64,000 nt of DNA from Asterias rubens (Eukaryota), in contig NC_047067.1 of assembly GCF_902459465.1 (NCBI RefSeq), positions 186,001-250,000 on the forward strand. Reading direction: 5' to 3'. Positions 38,704 to 52,196 of this stretch are shown here, piece by piece. Position numbers and translations under genes: made by a program. Within the stretch, counting starts at the first letter, position 1. Every line of letters begins with the position of its first letter. The notes beneath the pieces were generated by a model. That model did no database searches. It had not been told where the DNA came from and worked only from the letters and a program-made list of their open reading frames with translations.

Positions 38704-40704
38704 TTAAGCAATAAAATTCCATTTGAAAAGTCAAAGTCTTCCTTACCCTCTCTATGACATTTTGTTTTCGTCGACGAAATTGTTACGGTGTCCATGCATG
38801 CAAAATGATTTCTCAACCTAATTCTTGCTCTTGATATTTATCTGCATATTTATTATCTATTTATAGGCTAAAAATAAGTTAATTGTTTATTGACAATCTA
38901 GGATCGCCATTGCCCCCCAATTATATCGAAGCGACAATATTATAAAATAACTTCATTATATATCTATATCAAAAATATATATGATACACACAAATTAAGA
39001 CTGGAGCAATGAATAGTTTAGTGATTAAAAAAATTTGATATATTTCTTTTTTCTTGGACTGAATTTTAAATTATCACAGTCCCGTCAGTAGTTTAAAGGG
39101 AAAGTATAAACCTTTAGATTGTGGAGCCGTCCTATTGTTTTAATCCAACGATCCTGAATAAATAAAGATACATTAAAAAAAAAATCATTTCAACGGCGTT
39201 TTTTTTTTTGTTTTTTTTTTATATATCATGTATCAAATCTGGAGCCATGATATATCCACGAGAATAATCCGTAAGCGGAATGCACAATTTTTAGAGACGT
39301 CACTGTCAGTCACCTTTCTACTCAGACTCACTTTTTACTGGATTCAAACCTTTCGATATAAACGTAATCCAAGTGTATGGTTTTCAAGATGCTATAAAAT
39401 CGAAACCTGCTGAACTTGTAAACCGAACAACTTTATATCATCATATATTTTAAGAGTGATTACCAAACGTATACACTCCCTTTATAAAATGGAATATATA
39501 TCTAAAACGTCTGCTGATCTAAAAAGCTACTATGTGTCAATACCTTTCCATTTGTTGTGTTTATTTCAATTGCTTCCTGTCCGGAAATATGATAACCACA
39601 TGTGTTACTGGGGTACGTGGTTCATCCACATTGTTCTCCATGAATGTCTCCCCAACTGAAGATCGAGGCTTCCGCTCCAATAAAAAACACTGCCGTGATT
39701 CAAATATAGCTCTAGGACTTCGTCTCGGTAAAATTATCAAGAACCAGGCCTCGTTGGGATTAAACCACTAGTTGAAAACCTCTTCACCACACATTGATTC
39801 CCTTATTAAATAACTAATTCAAATATTAAATTTTATTTTGTACACGTACATTATGAAGACCATTGGAACTTCGTGAGCTTAGCCAGCAATGATGTAATTA
39901 CACGGGTCGATGGACAGAGAAATGTAAACAACACAGAATGATCCACACACGGTATATTCATTTGAGTATCAGTCAATATTCTACCTAGACCAAGGATCCA
40001 TTGTAATTGCAGCTCAATCTAATATCTATGTCTTGTTAATTATAGTTTAAGGATTTTTGTTGGCATCTTACACTGAACTGCGCACTTTACTCCATTGTGC
40101 TTGTCACAGGAAACGCTCACTTGACATATCAAAGGAATATACATAATTAAAGGAACGTAGGCCAACTGCGTACCCATAACAACAAATTTCCCATGAGGCC
40201 ACATAGTTTTAAAATGTAGTTACTCGAACTGTCAAGCACACGTGCTATCTTCGCTATCAGGTTTTATTTGGGTCTCTTCAAGTTCATTTTAGGTTGAAAT
40301 GGATGAACAAAGACAAAAACTGACTTGTGTATATACCCCCATTTAACATTTAATTTACCCAGTCAGTTTCCCTTCAATCATGTCACTTTAAAACAAGATT
40401 AACCACCCTGAAGAATGGCGGAAGTATATTTCACCTCTACTTATGTCTTATAGTCTATTCCTCTTCCCATTTGTATGTGATACGTATAGACTTTGCTTCT
40501 GTATATTTTATAAATCAGACGTTGCTCGCTCCAGCTTGCCAGGCGACCTTGTAAGCCAGTTCTACACTGGTTCTACGTGGCAGTATAGGACGAGTGTCTG
40601 AGTCATGTTATATACGGGAAACGTTTCCCTGGATTTGTCTCGTTATGGACATTATAGATCAGATAACCAAAGACACACATGGCCACCCGTCTGGGTGAGT
40701 GTGT

Positions 40705-40735
<31 letters not shown>

Positions 40736-42675
40736 GGGTTGCTTGTGACCTTTAACTAAAGCACTGTGACTTCACTGACCTCCACGCACGGGCACTCACT
40801 GCATACGAATGTTATAATAGTTAAATACAAACGTCAACGTCACCTGACTGGTTATAAGAATAACAATTAAATTGTGGCAACAGCGAAAACAACGAAGACT
40901 GAAACTGACGCAATATATCCGGTAGCCAATGCCGGACAGCAATGCTTACCCCTGTTGCAATAATGGTACGGTCAAGATGTAGGAATTAAGGGTGTCCCCA
41001 CTAAAAAGACTCACATGGCATACAGTGCCAAGTGATTAACATAAAATAACATGAAACATAAAATAACAATAACAGCACTACCCACGAACATCCGACCTTT
41101 AATCTTGAAAATATTCCCTACACCTCTGGACACATTTTTGTACATAATCATTATTAATTTAGGGACCCGACACCAGGCTGGAAGTCAACAAGCCCAATGT
41201 CGCAACTGGGTATTAAAGCTTTCTCCTTCTGTGAGGTGTGTACTTTAAGTGCAGGTTGACTCAAGTGACCCTGCATCGAGGGACATACCGGTAGTTGGTC
41301 CAACACAGTCTCGGTATGTGTAGGCACGGTACGAAACATGCAATAATTGAAAAGAGCAAGGGGGTGCTATATCACCATGCATCGCCACAAGACAAGGATA
41401 CCCCCCCCCCCCCCTGTGAAAAGTAGCGGCTACACCACTTGTTATATACATTAAATCGCCTGCGGAAGCAACAGAGTTCAAACGAAACACAACACGATTA
41501 GGGTGCCCTTGAGAATCCGGTACACTGCCACTGCACATAATGTGTGGTGTGCTGGAATCCTCTATCAATGATGTGTGAAATGGAATTACACTCAACTCTG
41601 CACCAATAAACACAAAGTATTCTCAAGAAAATGTTATCAAAACAGACACAATTTTATCAGCAAATGGCAAAGATGATATGACAAACGTATACCTCACCTT
41701 GTCATTCATTATTACTTCAAAGATGCCGTATTAGCCGAGTTGAAGTTGCCGCTCAGATGCCATGTAGCGGAGTTGAAGTTGCCGCTCCTTTTATTTCATT
41801 GGAATCTGCCATCCACGTTCAACGTTCCCTCTGGAGGGCGCTCTACACATAAATAAATCTTCCGCATCTATCCGGCAGGCTTAATGAAACGAAGACAATG
41901 TGACTAAGTTTCGGGACCTGGTTTTGGGATTTGGGGACAGTGGTGACAGTGTGTATATCGATAGCATATGGGGAATGTGTTCCTGTGAAGGGGTTCACAA
42001 GTATAGCTAAGGATGGTTTTTAGAAAAGGTGGCGATATGAGTAATAATTGGGTGGGTGCTATGTTTACAGCAGGAGGGTTATATGTTGTTTTTTCAACGT
42101 AATGCCGATTCATGAGTAGGCATAAGTACAAAGAAAAACACAATGAAATTCACCTTTGTGAAAGTTTGCGCTGAAGTAAATAGCCACAAGCTGGTAACAA
42201 ATTGTATTTGCACAACCAATTGTATTTGCACAACCATGGGCGTATCCATCCAATAGCAATATGACCTTAAGTGCTGGCATACTAGGGATATCCACAAAGA
42301 TTTTGCCCCCAATTATGAGAAATTAACATGCCCTGGATGAGGAGGATTCAAGAGAGGGCGCTATCGAAAGAAGTTTGTACACAGCTCGCCGTATTTGGGG
42401 TGGAGGGGGGACGCAGAGCAACACCCAGGAGTCTGAGAAACATTTGAGTATGAATCATTTTTCAGATTATCCAAACCAGAAGGTATTCTTCACAAAATAA
42501 GTGACGCTATCAATAACTGCGATGCTTCTTCAAGTAAGTTTTTATGGTCATTACTTTTTGGAGTAGGTGCAGTTTATGATTCCTGTCACTCTAAGTGATA
42601 ACATCTTAATTAATGGATGTGCGAGTGGGTATCGTTATTTCCAGTAACACAACTGTATAAATATGATTATTTTAA

Positions 42676-43055
42676 AGGCAGTGGACACTATTGGTAACTG
42701 TCAAAGACTAGCCTTCACAGTTGGTGTATCTCAACTAATGCATAAAATAACTAACCTGTGAAAATTTGAGCTCAATCGGTCATCGAAGTTGCGAGATAAT
42801 AATGAAAGAAAAAAACACCCTTGTCACACGAAGTTGTGTGCATTTAGATGGTTGATTTCGAGACCTCAAGTTCTAAAACTGAGGTCTCGAAATCAAATTC
42901 GTGGAAAATTACTTCTTTCTCAAAAACTATGGCACTTCAGAGGGAGCCGTTTCTCACAATGTTTTATACCAATCAACCTCTCCCCATTACTTGTCACCAA
43001 GAAAGGTTTTATGCTAATAATTATTTTGAGTAATTACCAATAGTGTCCACTGCCT
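42676..43055. mobile_element. Kolobok-type MITE, family 1, full length
   Basis: TTAA|aggcagtggacactattggtaa ... ttaccaatagtgtccactgcct|TTAA. Confidence 0.92.
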
Positions 43056-45051
43056 TTAAGAACATTATTTATCGGACACCCTTTTGTAGCTTGCACAATG
43101 TGTACTTTATTCTCAACATACGCCACAATTAAATCATCTTTTTACAGTTCACAAAACATTCAAAAATAAAAACATTTTTTTATTTATAGTTTTTCGGTGA
43201 GTGGCACTTTTCCAACAACAAATAATTATGTTTTAGATACAAACTTGTTTGTTATTTGACTAATAAAGCGAAAACCGTCCATCCATAAACTAATTAATAA
43301 TTTACAATGTTGATTACATCTGACTTTGGTTGTGACTCTGTAACCTTGTTCTGACCCAATTCGGGTCAGGTGAAATGCTGTACAACATATCTGTGTCAAA
43401 GTCCACCAAATTTCACTTTGGACAAACTGGTGCATTTAACTAGTCGTAGTTCACTTTAACAACTTGAATCACACATAATGCTAGGTTATTCTGATTTATC
43501 TCAGGTTAAGCATGATCCATGATTCTGATTCAAACAAATCACCTAGAGTCAGCTTTAAAAGGTCCTTAACAAATAAGAACAACCATTTACCCCACACAAA
43601 TTAATGAAAGCCAAAGTACTACTAGAGTGTTATTTTGTGTTAACACTCAGTTTTTCCAATGGTGTCCATGGTTTGGAATCATTTGCAATAAAGAACAATA
43701 GATGGTCAGAAAATGGGTAATTGTTTTAACGGGAATGTTGCTTAAGGGGAATCAACGGGCTTCATGGCGTGACTGTCATGGGAGGGTTGGACAGCGCCCG
43801 GCCCTGTCAGTTCTCCCTTCCTCAAATGAGTTCGGAAAATGTACCAATAAATATGATTTGGTGCATTACCTACACATGCCCTCCTCCTACCCACCCCTCC
43901 TCCTACCCACCCCTCCTCCCAGTGAAACTGTTGGTGTTATTTACAAACAAAACATCCACATGGAACTTGACCGGGGCACTGCTGCACGAAGTTGTCTGAC
44001 GGGGGGAGGGGTGGTTGTAGACGGGGGATTTCGATTCGATTGCGTCTTAAAGTTATTACTAAATCGCAGGATGATTAAACTAGTCTGGGACAATCCAGAC
44101 CCCTCCCCCCCCCCCCCAACACACGCACGCACACACACACACACCATCTTCGCACCACCATCCGCGCACTCGCTAAATTTTAGTCTTTTAAGGCAAACGA
44201 ACAAAACATAAATTTGTTTTTAAATGTATATAACAGAAATACCAGAATGTCTACAGCCTTAACCTAGGTATACAAAACAAAGATATATATAAGACACATT
44301 ACTGGTGTTGTCTCAACTTTTGGTTTTTTGTTGACATCTGGAAAACAATAAATGCAGAAAAAACAACGCAAAGTTGTAGCGCCTAAGTTTCTGTGTGATT
44401 TGATCTTTTAAACTTTTAATAAAACCAAAATTGTGTTCAAGCACCTATTTTCTAGAAAGCTACTTTCAATGTGCTGGTTGGGGGGGGGGGGGTAACTCTA
44501 CAATACGATCAATGAAGAACAATCACGCTTGTTCAACACCGTTTTCTGAACCGCGAATGAGTACTTTTAGATCAGAATGTTGTAGCCAGTTGGTTTCGAA
44601 CTACCTTTTTCCTAATTTCATACGGAGAGAAAAGGCAGGTACATTTATCATGCTTATCTTGAACAGTAGAAACTTGTTTGTAATGTGTGTTAATTTATAA
44701 CAATAAATAAACTACAGTATTTATAAGGCGCACTTTAATGAAACAGAAAAACACTCAAAGGCGCCGGTCAAGTTTTGTCAAGATGTTAAAAAAGCAAGCA
44801 CTTTGTCGAAAATAACACGTTAAAGGCAGTACGTTCAAGTAGTAATTCAGGAACCAATATTGGCGGATCATAAACACGATCATGTCAATCATTATTGATT
44901 TAGTAATAAATATAATACCTTCACATAGACAATAAGTTGCATTATTGTTTTCTTAACACATGAAGAACAAATAAAATAAATACAATTTGACTATAATATA
45001 TGCAGAGTTGGTTTGTTTACACCACGGGAGTCCTTAACAATCTCCTGGCTT

Positions 45052-45239
45052 TTATCTCCGTGATAGCCATCCAACAAATGAGAAGTACTCCCTCTGTTTC
45101 TCCTCGCAACAGTACAACATCAACTCATTGGTCGTGCAGCGTTTCAGACAACACTCATCGATGATACCCCCACGAGCGCCTCCTCGTGACGTTCCGCGCT
45201 TGAAGAAATCCACGGCTGTTTTACGATCCATAAAAGGAT
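45052..45239 (-). CDS. Octinsulin-type insulin-like peptide, coding exon 2 (rest of C-peptide, A-chain, C-terminal extension)
   Basis: Acceptor gtttcatttctctcgcag|; (D)PFMDRKTAVDFFKRGTSRGGARGGIIDECCLKRCTTNELMLYCCEEKQREYFSFVGWLSRR*. Insulin A-chain pattern GIxxECCxxxC(x8)C plus an extra adjacent Cys; phase-1 join to exon 1. Confidence 0.93.
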
Positions 45240-45410
45240 CTGCGAGAGAAATGAAACATCGATGTAATTAGCAGATTGTTGATACTGAACAAACCCGCCC
45301 GTCCAGACTATGTTCTTGATCCATTGGCGAGTTGAATAAAGATCATGTTGGAAGGTTGTTTATAGACCGTTAAATAACCTCACACCAAACCCGTTTCTAA
45401 CTTGTTTTAA

Positions 45411-45787
45411 AGGCAGTGAACACTATTGGTAATTACTCAAAATAATTATTAGCATAAAACCTTACTTGGTAATGAGTACTGGGGAGAGGTTGGTAGTATA
45501 AACAATGTGAGAAACGGCTGCCTCTGAAGTGGAGTAGTTTTCGAGAAAGAAGTAATTTTCCACAAATTTGATTTCGAGACCTCAAGTTTAAAATTTGAGG
45601 TCTCGAAATCAAGCATCTGAAAGCACACAACTTCGTGTGACAAGGGTTATTTTTCTTTCATTATTATCTCCCAACTCCGACGACAAATCGAGCTCAAATT
45701 TTCACAGGTTTGTTATTTTATGCATATGTTGAGATACAGCAAGTGAGAAGACTGGTCGTTGACATTTACCAATAGTGTCCACTGGCT
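45411..45787. mobile_element. Kolobok-type MITE, family 1, full length (in the insulin-gene intron)
   Basis: TTAA|aggcagtgaacactattgg ... ccaatagtgtccactggct|TTAA. Confidence 0.9.
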
Positions 45788-47322
45788 TTAAATACAGTGT
45801 CACCAATTGCGGTTAATTGTTAATTACCGTCGACTTAAAACAACGCAATAAACCATGCCACCAGACAACTTGTTAATGTGTTTATAGCTCGACTGTCTAT
45901 AAGGCGTGGATGCTTTTAAAGATAACATCGCACGTTATTTTAATGTTGCTAGACACCTCAGCACTGAATGTCATTTTTAAAGCAGGTAAATTTTCCCGAG
46001 GTCTTGTCTAACATTGAGACTGCTGAGAACCCTATTGGTCAATAGCCCTGAGGCAAACAGCGCGTTATGTTTTTTTACCCGGAGGAATCGGAACAGCTCA
46101 GCTCGGTGGTTTAGGGTTAGTGAAAACGAATAGCCAATGCCATTCTGTCTGGCACTGTGTGGAGCGGGGCAGCCTGTGTCTGTGTACCTAGTGTCTGAAC
46201 AACGTAAACCCAAAGGAATATATTAATTTGACTTCCACATATTATTGCTTCACTGTGACCACCCCAAATTGGAGCTTGAATTGCAAAAGAACTCCTCCTT
46301 CGTGAGAAAGGTTAAAGCACTTATCGGGCTAGTCTTTGTCTGGTGTCTATACCCACGCCATATGGGTAGCCACGCCCCCCCCACCTTATAGCTCGATCAA
46401 TATTGCTATCTCGGTCAGAACCAATGAGACTGATTCAAATAAGAGCAAACACTGTTCTAAAACATTCAATAATTATCTTCTTTTTTTTCTCATGTAATTT
46501 TTGTATTATTGTCGAGCCTTGAGTGCCTGATTATTAAGTGGATATGTTGCATGTTATAATTATCATAAGTAATGTTGTCTCTCTATAATCACACAGTAAA
46601 TGTAGCATAGGAACAAATATCGCACCTCTGTCATCTGCGAAACTTAGTTCCGTATTAAAACGATATTCGCTTCTCAAACCCCGTGATTGCAATAAGACGT
46701 ACATTTAAATACTAACTCCCTTGTCAAAATTGATCCAGTTTTTCCCAACCCGGGTACCTTACCCATTTCTTGACCAGGCTGATCAGAAAAATGTGTATAA
46801 AAACTTATATAGGGCCTAACCCAATACACGCCAATCTTGACACAAATAGCATGTTAATACCAAGACTCAAATGGGTCAGACCTAAATCCGGGTCAGTTTT
46901 TTACCCGAACATGTTTATATTGTAGTTCAGTTTTTAGATTAAAAAATGCGAACATATCCCAGACCAATATTTCCCATAAACATGTTGTTATTGAACAAGA
47001 AAATGTGCTTTGAGAAAGAAACAAACAATAACAGGGTAATATAAATTAAGCGAATTTTAGTCAAAGCTTGTTTGAACTTGAGAGATTTATCTTTCGTGCA
47101 CTCTTGATAACTCTAAACATTCAGGCCTACGTGTGCGCGTATAAACATTGATGCATTGTTCAATTTATAAATGCGACGCATGAACAGCTTTTACAAGCAA
47201 AATGTTCCAAGTGATTGATTATTCTCGTTGTAACACCTTTAATGCTACGGAAAATTTGAACTCCCCATTCAAACATTGACGTTTGAAACTAAATCTGACT
47301 GACGGTTTTCTCTGTATCTTAA

Positions 47323-47672
47323 AGGCAGTGGACACTATTGGTAGTTGACAAAGACTAGCCTTCAAAGTTGCTGTATCTCATCATATGCATTAAATAACAA
47401 ACCTGTGAAAATTTGAGCTCAATCGGTCATCTAACTTGCGAGATAATAATGAAAAAAGAAAAACATCCTTGTCACACGAAGTTGTGTGCGTTTAGATGGT
47501 TGATTTCGAGACCTCAAGTTCTAAATCCGAGGTCTCGAAATCACATTCATAGAAAATGACTTCTTTCTCAAAAACTACGTTACTTCAGGGGGAGCTGTTT
47601 CTCTTACTCGTCACCAAAAAAGGTTTTATGCTAATAATTATTTTGAGTAATTACCAATAGTGTCCACTGCCT
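47323..47672. mobile_element. Kolobok-type MITE, family 1 (in the insulin-gene intron)
   Basis: TTAA|aggcagtggacactattgg ... ccaatagtgtccactgcct. Confidence 0.9.
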
Positions 47673-47836
47673 TCCAAGCGATCATAAACAGGACACTTTA
47701 TGTTCTGATGTGAAACAAAAATTGAGAATAGAATACGAGCAATTAAAACAAAGGGAGCCACTCGATCATCACTGTCATGTCCCGTACTTATAGGTCTTCA
47801 CCTGGGTAGCCTGTCTTACTTCTTAATAATACTCAC

Positions 47837-48047
47837 CAATTGTTTTGGTTTGTTGGTCGGATCTCTTTGCATATCCAGCATAACAACTGTCGCAGAGGGA
47901 CTGCAAGGTGCTGTATACATCAGAACAATACCAACTGTTGTTGGCACTAGCGTACCAGAAACACAGACAAAACACAATGGATAGAGCTGTGGCTTGACGG
48001 GCTTGTGGTAGGGTCAGGCGTAAATTGCCTCTTGAAGATTGCGTCAT
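47837..48047 (-). CDS. Octinsulin-type insulin-like peptide, coding exon 1 (signal peptide, B-chain, start of C-peptide)
   Basis: MTQSSRGNLRLTLPQARQATALSIVFCLCFWYASA-NNSWYCSDVYSTLQSLCDSCYAGYA-KR-SDQQTKTI; donor G|gtgagt at 47836; 211 nt, phase 1; the ATG directly follows an acceptor-like tttcttcgtatcttag. Confidence 0.92.
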
Positions 48048-48221
48048 CTAAGATACGAAGAAAGAATCAATGTCGGTTATTATAATGTGGTGGTTAGTTT
48101 GTATGATCATATCTAGGTAGCCGCTAGGTGGCTAGTACCGAAAATATTTGGAGGTGGACGAAAGAGAAAAGTAAACGCTTTAGGCTTTAATATGAACCCG
48201 TTTAAAGATACATTTCGAGCC

Positions 48222-48445
48222 TTTAAAGACACGTCTGGTCACTATTTGTAAATGTCAAAGACCAGTCTTCTCACTTGGTGTATCTCAACATATGCATAAA
48301 ATAACAAACCTGTGAACATTTGAGCTCAATTGGTTGGCGAAGTTGCAGGAGAACAATGGAAGAAAAAACGACCTTGTTACACAAGTTGTGTGCTTTACAG
48401 ATGCTCGATTTAGAGATGCTATAATCGTCTTCAGGGGAATGTCTT
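48222..48445. mobile_element. Diverged partial family-1 MITE
   Basis: gtcaaagaccagtcttctcacttggtgtatctcaacatatgcataaaataacaaacctgtg matches the family-1 body. Confidence 0.75.
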
Positions 48446-49714
48446 ACGCTCATACCATTCGAACTTTACCATTCCATGGCCCAACAGTAAAATAATCTTA
48501 CATAAGACAATTATTGGACTATTTTCCCAGCGAGATAAATGCAACAGTTGTTACAGCTCCGACTGAAGCTGCGAACTATGCAGTTCACAAGACTCGTTGG
48601 CATTAGGATGCCGAGTAGCGTGACGTAACCACGAGTCAATTAGCCCAATTGGCGTCAGGCAAGTATTGCAAGGAAATTGAAAAAAGAAGATACCCAGACG
48701 CCACCAGTCTGGACGTCATTCCTTGCTAAGGGTTACTTTATGTGAACGAACTGAGAGACAGATAATAATTGTAATCTTCGGAACGGCAGCTCGCTTCGTC
48801 CTAAATCCCATCTGAAAAACAATTCACTTAGCGGTGGTTCAGGGACCCCTTGACTCATGTGTATTTCTATGATCTTTACAGTTTAACTTTTCTAAAAGTT
48901 AAAGACCAGTATCCCCACTTGTTGTAACCCAATTTAAGCATAAACAACAACCCTCGAAATATTGGGCTCAGTTGATCCTCGAAGTTGCAAAAAATATTTA
49001 AACAAAATAAAAAATACCTTCGTTGCACAGAATGTTGTGCTTTCAGATGCATGAGAAAAGTTTCATGCCCGAAGCCTTTCTCATATTAATATTGCCCCCT
49101 TTCTCTCAAACTAGGGTGTCGTTTATTGCAATGTTGTGTGTTATCAGTGGTCTTTGCTCATCAGATGGATACATGTAAAAACACGAACAGTATTATATTG
49201 TAACTGATTTGCAATTTGTCTGAGAGTGTTTTGTCGTCAAACATGTATGGTTTAGAGTGTAAAACACCCTGGTGTTGCATGCTTTGTCAGCATTGTCTAT
49301 AATTATATGTGTACATTCAAACTAAATCAACTCAAGTTGTATTTAGCAGAGAAACGTATAGTATTTGGTCATTAGTAACAATTTTTGTGGAACAAGTAAA
49401 ATTTGGTTTTTATTTACTTATTTATTTATATATGTTTTTATATACTAGAAAAAGACAATAACAGTCAAACTGGATGGCTAAAAAATTATTAACATTCCTA
49501 ACTTCTTTGATTTTTGACCATTCAATTTAATGTTGCCACGCAATATAATGTTGTTTAATCTTTAACAGAACTCCTACATTGTGATTTGGAAACAGCGAGG
49601 TTAAAGAGAAAAAAAAACATCCGTACTTAAAAAGAACAATTGATGTTATCGTCAAAGTCGACAATTTTCTCACAAGTGACAACGATAAAACTACGATTAT
49701 ATGATTCAATTGGT

Positions 49715-49905
49715 GTTCATTAGCCACTGTGTAGCCAGATTGACTATCTCCTCCAGGGACTGCTCGCCAGGGTATAACCGTGATAAATCTATAGTCATTG
49801 GTGATGTGGGCAGCTGTTTGGGGGGCAGCTCCACACTCACAGGCTTGACTTGCAATCAGGCCAATCCAGAACAAGTTTGCCCGAAACTAACATTATACAA
49901 ATGTT
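49715..49905 (-). mobile_element. Non-LTR retrotransposon 3' remnant (RTE-X/I-like C-terminal zinc knuckle)
   Basis: WIGLIASQACECGAAPQTAAHITNDY resembles the WG...SP.CECG..EQT..HI..DC motif at the end of ORF2. Confidence 0.55.
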
Positions 49906-49951
49906 GGTAAAATCTTGAATAATATGGACTCCTCGGTATTACTTGTCATGG

Positions 49952-50020
49952 CAATACATCTCAGATGGTTTGATCAATACATCTCAGATGGTTTGATCAA
50001 TACATCTCAGATGGTTTGAT
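49952..50020. repeat. Tandem repeat 23 bp x3
   Basis: caatacatctcagatggtttgat. Confidence 0.9.
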
Positions 50021-51854
50021 TAATATTTACTGAGCGATACTTCTTGGCAGTCAATCGCTAATTATCTTTGCCAATTGTTGTTGTTGTTGTTGTTGGTGTT
50101 GGTTTCGACTAATGGGGCCCATTAATTTTAATGACTTTTAAAACTTAATTAACTCTTACGTCAAAAAAACAAATGCACGACCGCCGTTCTGTCGTTTTAA
50201 AGATAATTACTATAAGAGGTAGACCTCCAACATTGGGCCGGATAGCTCAGTTTGTATACGTGGCAACACCCATTGTGTCTATTTTAACATGGTGTCTGTT
50301 TTGCAGTGCGTGTATAATCAACAATTTCAAAACATTTACTTTGCCTATTTCTTATATTGTTCATATTATAATGAACAACACCCCCCCCCCCCTCCTCAAA
50401 AAAGAAAAGAAAAGAAAAAAGACCAAGACGATTTGGAGATAAATAATTTGTTTTCAGCTCAACATATCTTTAACGATCTCTTAAAAGTGAAGTCCCTGAT
50501 GATCAGTGCAATAGTAAATCTTCAGAATTGCCCAGAGTTCGACGAAGCTGATTTATCGAGCCATTTGGGATTTTCATTATGTTTGTTTACGAACTTGATC
50601 TTGCGTTTATACATCTTAAGAGCTCGTTATGACTGTTTGATTGCCGTGGAGTGGCTACGTTTGCTAATGGTAGATTTTGAGTCTTGTGTAAAACGCCAAT
50701 ATTGCACGCATTAACATCACGTAGTTGTAGTCTAAACGTCCGGTTAACATTTTAACATGTAAACATTTATTTTAATGTCTCCATGTAGAATAAATCTTTG
50801 GTTTATGTAGAAAAGCGCAAATCGGCGCTAAATGGCAATTTGTTGACAACTCATTGCGCCAAGTACCCAATGTTAAAATGTTGATATGAAATGTACAAAA
50901 CTTAGCATCAATTCACACACAAAAATAAAAAAGAATTGTTCAAAATCGGAATGATTCAAATAATCATTATGAGCCTGATGTATCAACTCTGACATTTAAA
51001 TGTTGTATTTGTTATCAGGTACTACTTTAATCCAGCTGAAGCTTTCGTGAACTTGTTTTTTCCTGGCTCTTGCATTACACTGTCTGCTCGCTTTCTCTTT
51101 TCTAATTTCGCAAATTGTCTGACATTACGATTGCTTAGCATGAATGGACCAGGTTATCATATTCCTAAACACTTCCAATAATTCCGGCCTAGGTTTAGTG
51201 AACGATAACTCTCTAGTCTCTACAAATGTTTCATTTCCTAATACACGAACCCTAATACCATTATTGGTGGAAACAGTTTGGATGCAGCTTTTGAACCTTT
51301 TGAACCGGTTTATTTACCACCGTGCTCTGGCTATGTACAGTTGGCCTACGTAAAAGCAGAGCAAACTTCCAGGTACTTTGTTGGAATCAGAGAGTTAATT
51401 ATTCTGTAACATTCTTGCGTTGTTGAAACCCAGGGAACAGTTGGTGTTTACAGGTTAGCTTTAGATATCAGAGTACAGCGTGAGGACTGAATAAATATTG
51501 CACAGACGTAGCTTGTAATAAATTCAGCCAGAATAGACACTCCATTCTCGGATATTGATAATAATTGTAAAATATCGGTTACAGCAGAGAAAAAGTTGAA
51601 GTGCAGTAACTACAGCTCAAAAGCCAGCCAGGGCTATCGACCGTATAATAATCGCTATTTAATTACAACCACAATAAGGTAAGGATTATGGCTTTATACG
51701 TGTAGCATAACAAGTTCCACGTTTCAGTGCAAAACCCGTCGGTTTAACATCATCGACCATAATTTTAATAAGACGGTTTTCTGGCTCCCCCCCCCAAAAA
51801 AAAAAAAAAAAGCACATTAAAAAAACGGGGGGAAAAGAGGAGAAAAAAAAAGAG

Positions 51855-52196
51855 AAACAAACAAACAAACAAACAAACAAACAAACAAACAAACAAACAA
51901 ACAAACAAACAAACAAACAAGAGTAGCAAGTCGTGGGGCGATAGGTCTTTTTCCCATGCTGGACCCACACTCTGGAATGACTTGCCTCTACAAATCAGCA
52001 ATATTTCTAACATCAATACTTTCAAGGTCAAGTTGAAAACCACTTTGTTTAATCTCGCCTATATGTAACTGGTCTATTTGTCTTATTTTCCTTGCTGTGT
52101 GTGGTTCCCCTCCTATGCACCTTGAGCACCTCATTTTGGTGGATGTTGGCGCCCTATAAATATTCTTTAATATGATTATTATTATTATTTATTATA
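51855..52196 (+). mobile_element. (CAAA)n microsatellite followed by an L2 LINE 3' end
   Basis: SWGDRSFSHAGPTLWNDLPLQISNISNINTFKVKLKTTLFNLAYM*, then a tail ending in (att)n. Confidence 0.85.

Noticed and set aside
41245-42312. Cluster of minus-strand exon-like segments (ELSVIPFHTSLIEDSS..., donors near 41697 and 42148)
   Set aside because: I could not build a consistent in-frame exon chain, there are internal stops, and no family was recognised; they may be UTR or pseudo-exons.
43702-44211. 169-aa plus-strand ORF
   Set aside because: It runs through poly-C and (CA)n tracts, has no motif, and lies in the probable 3' flank of the insulin-like gene on the other strand.
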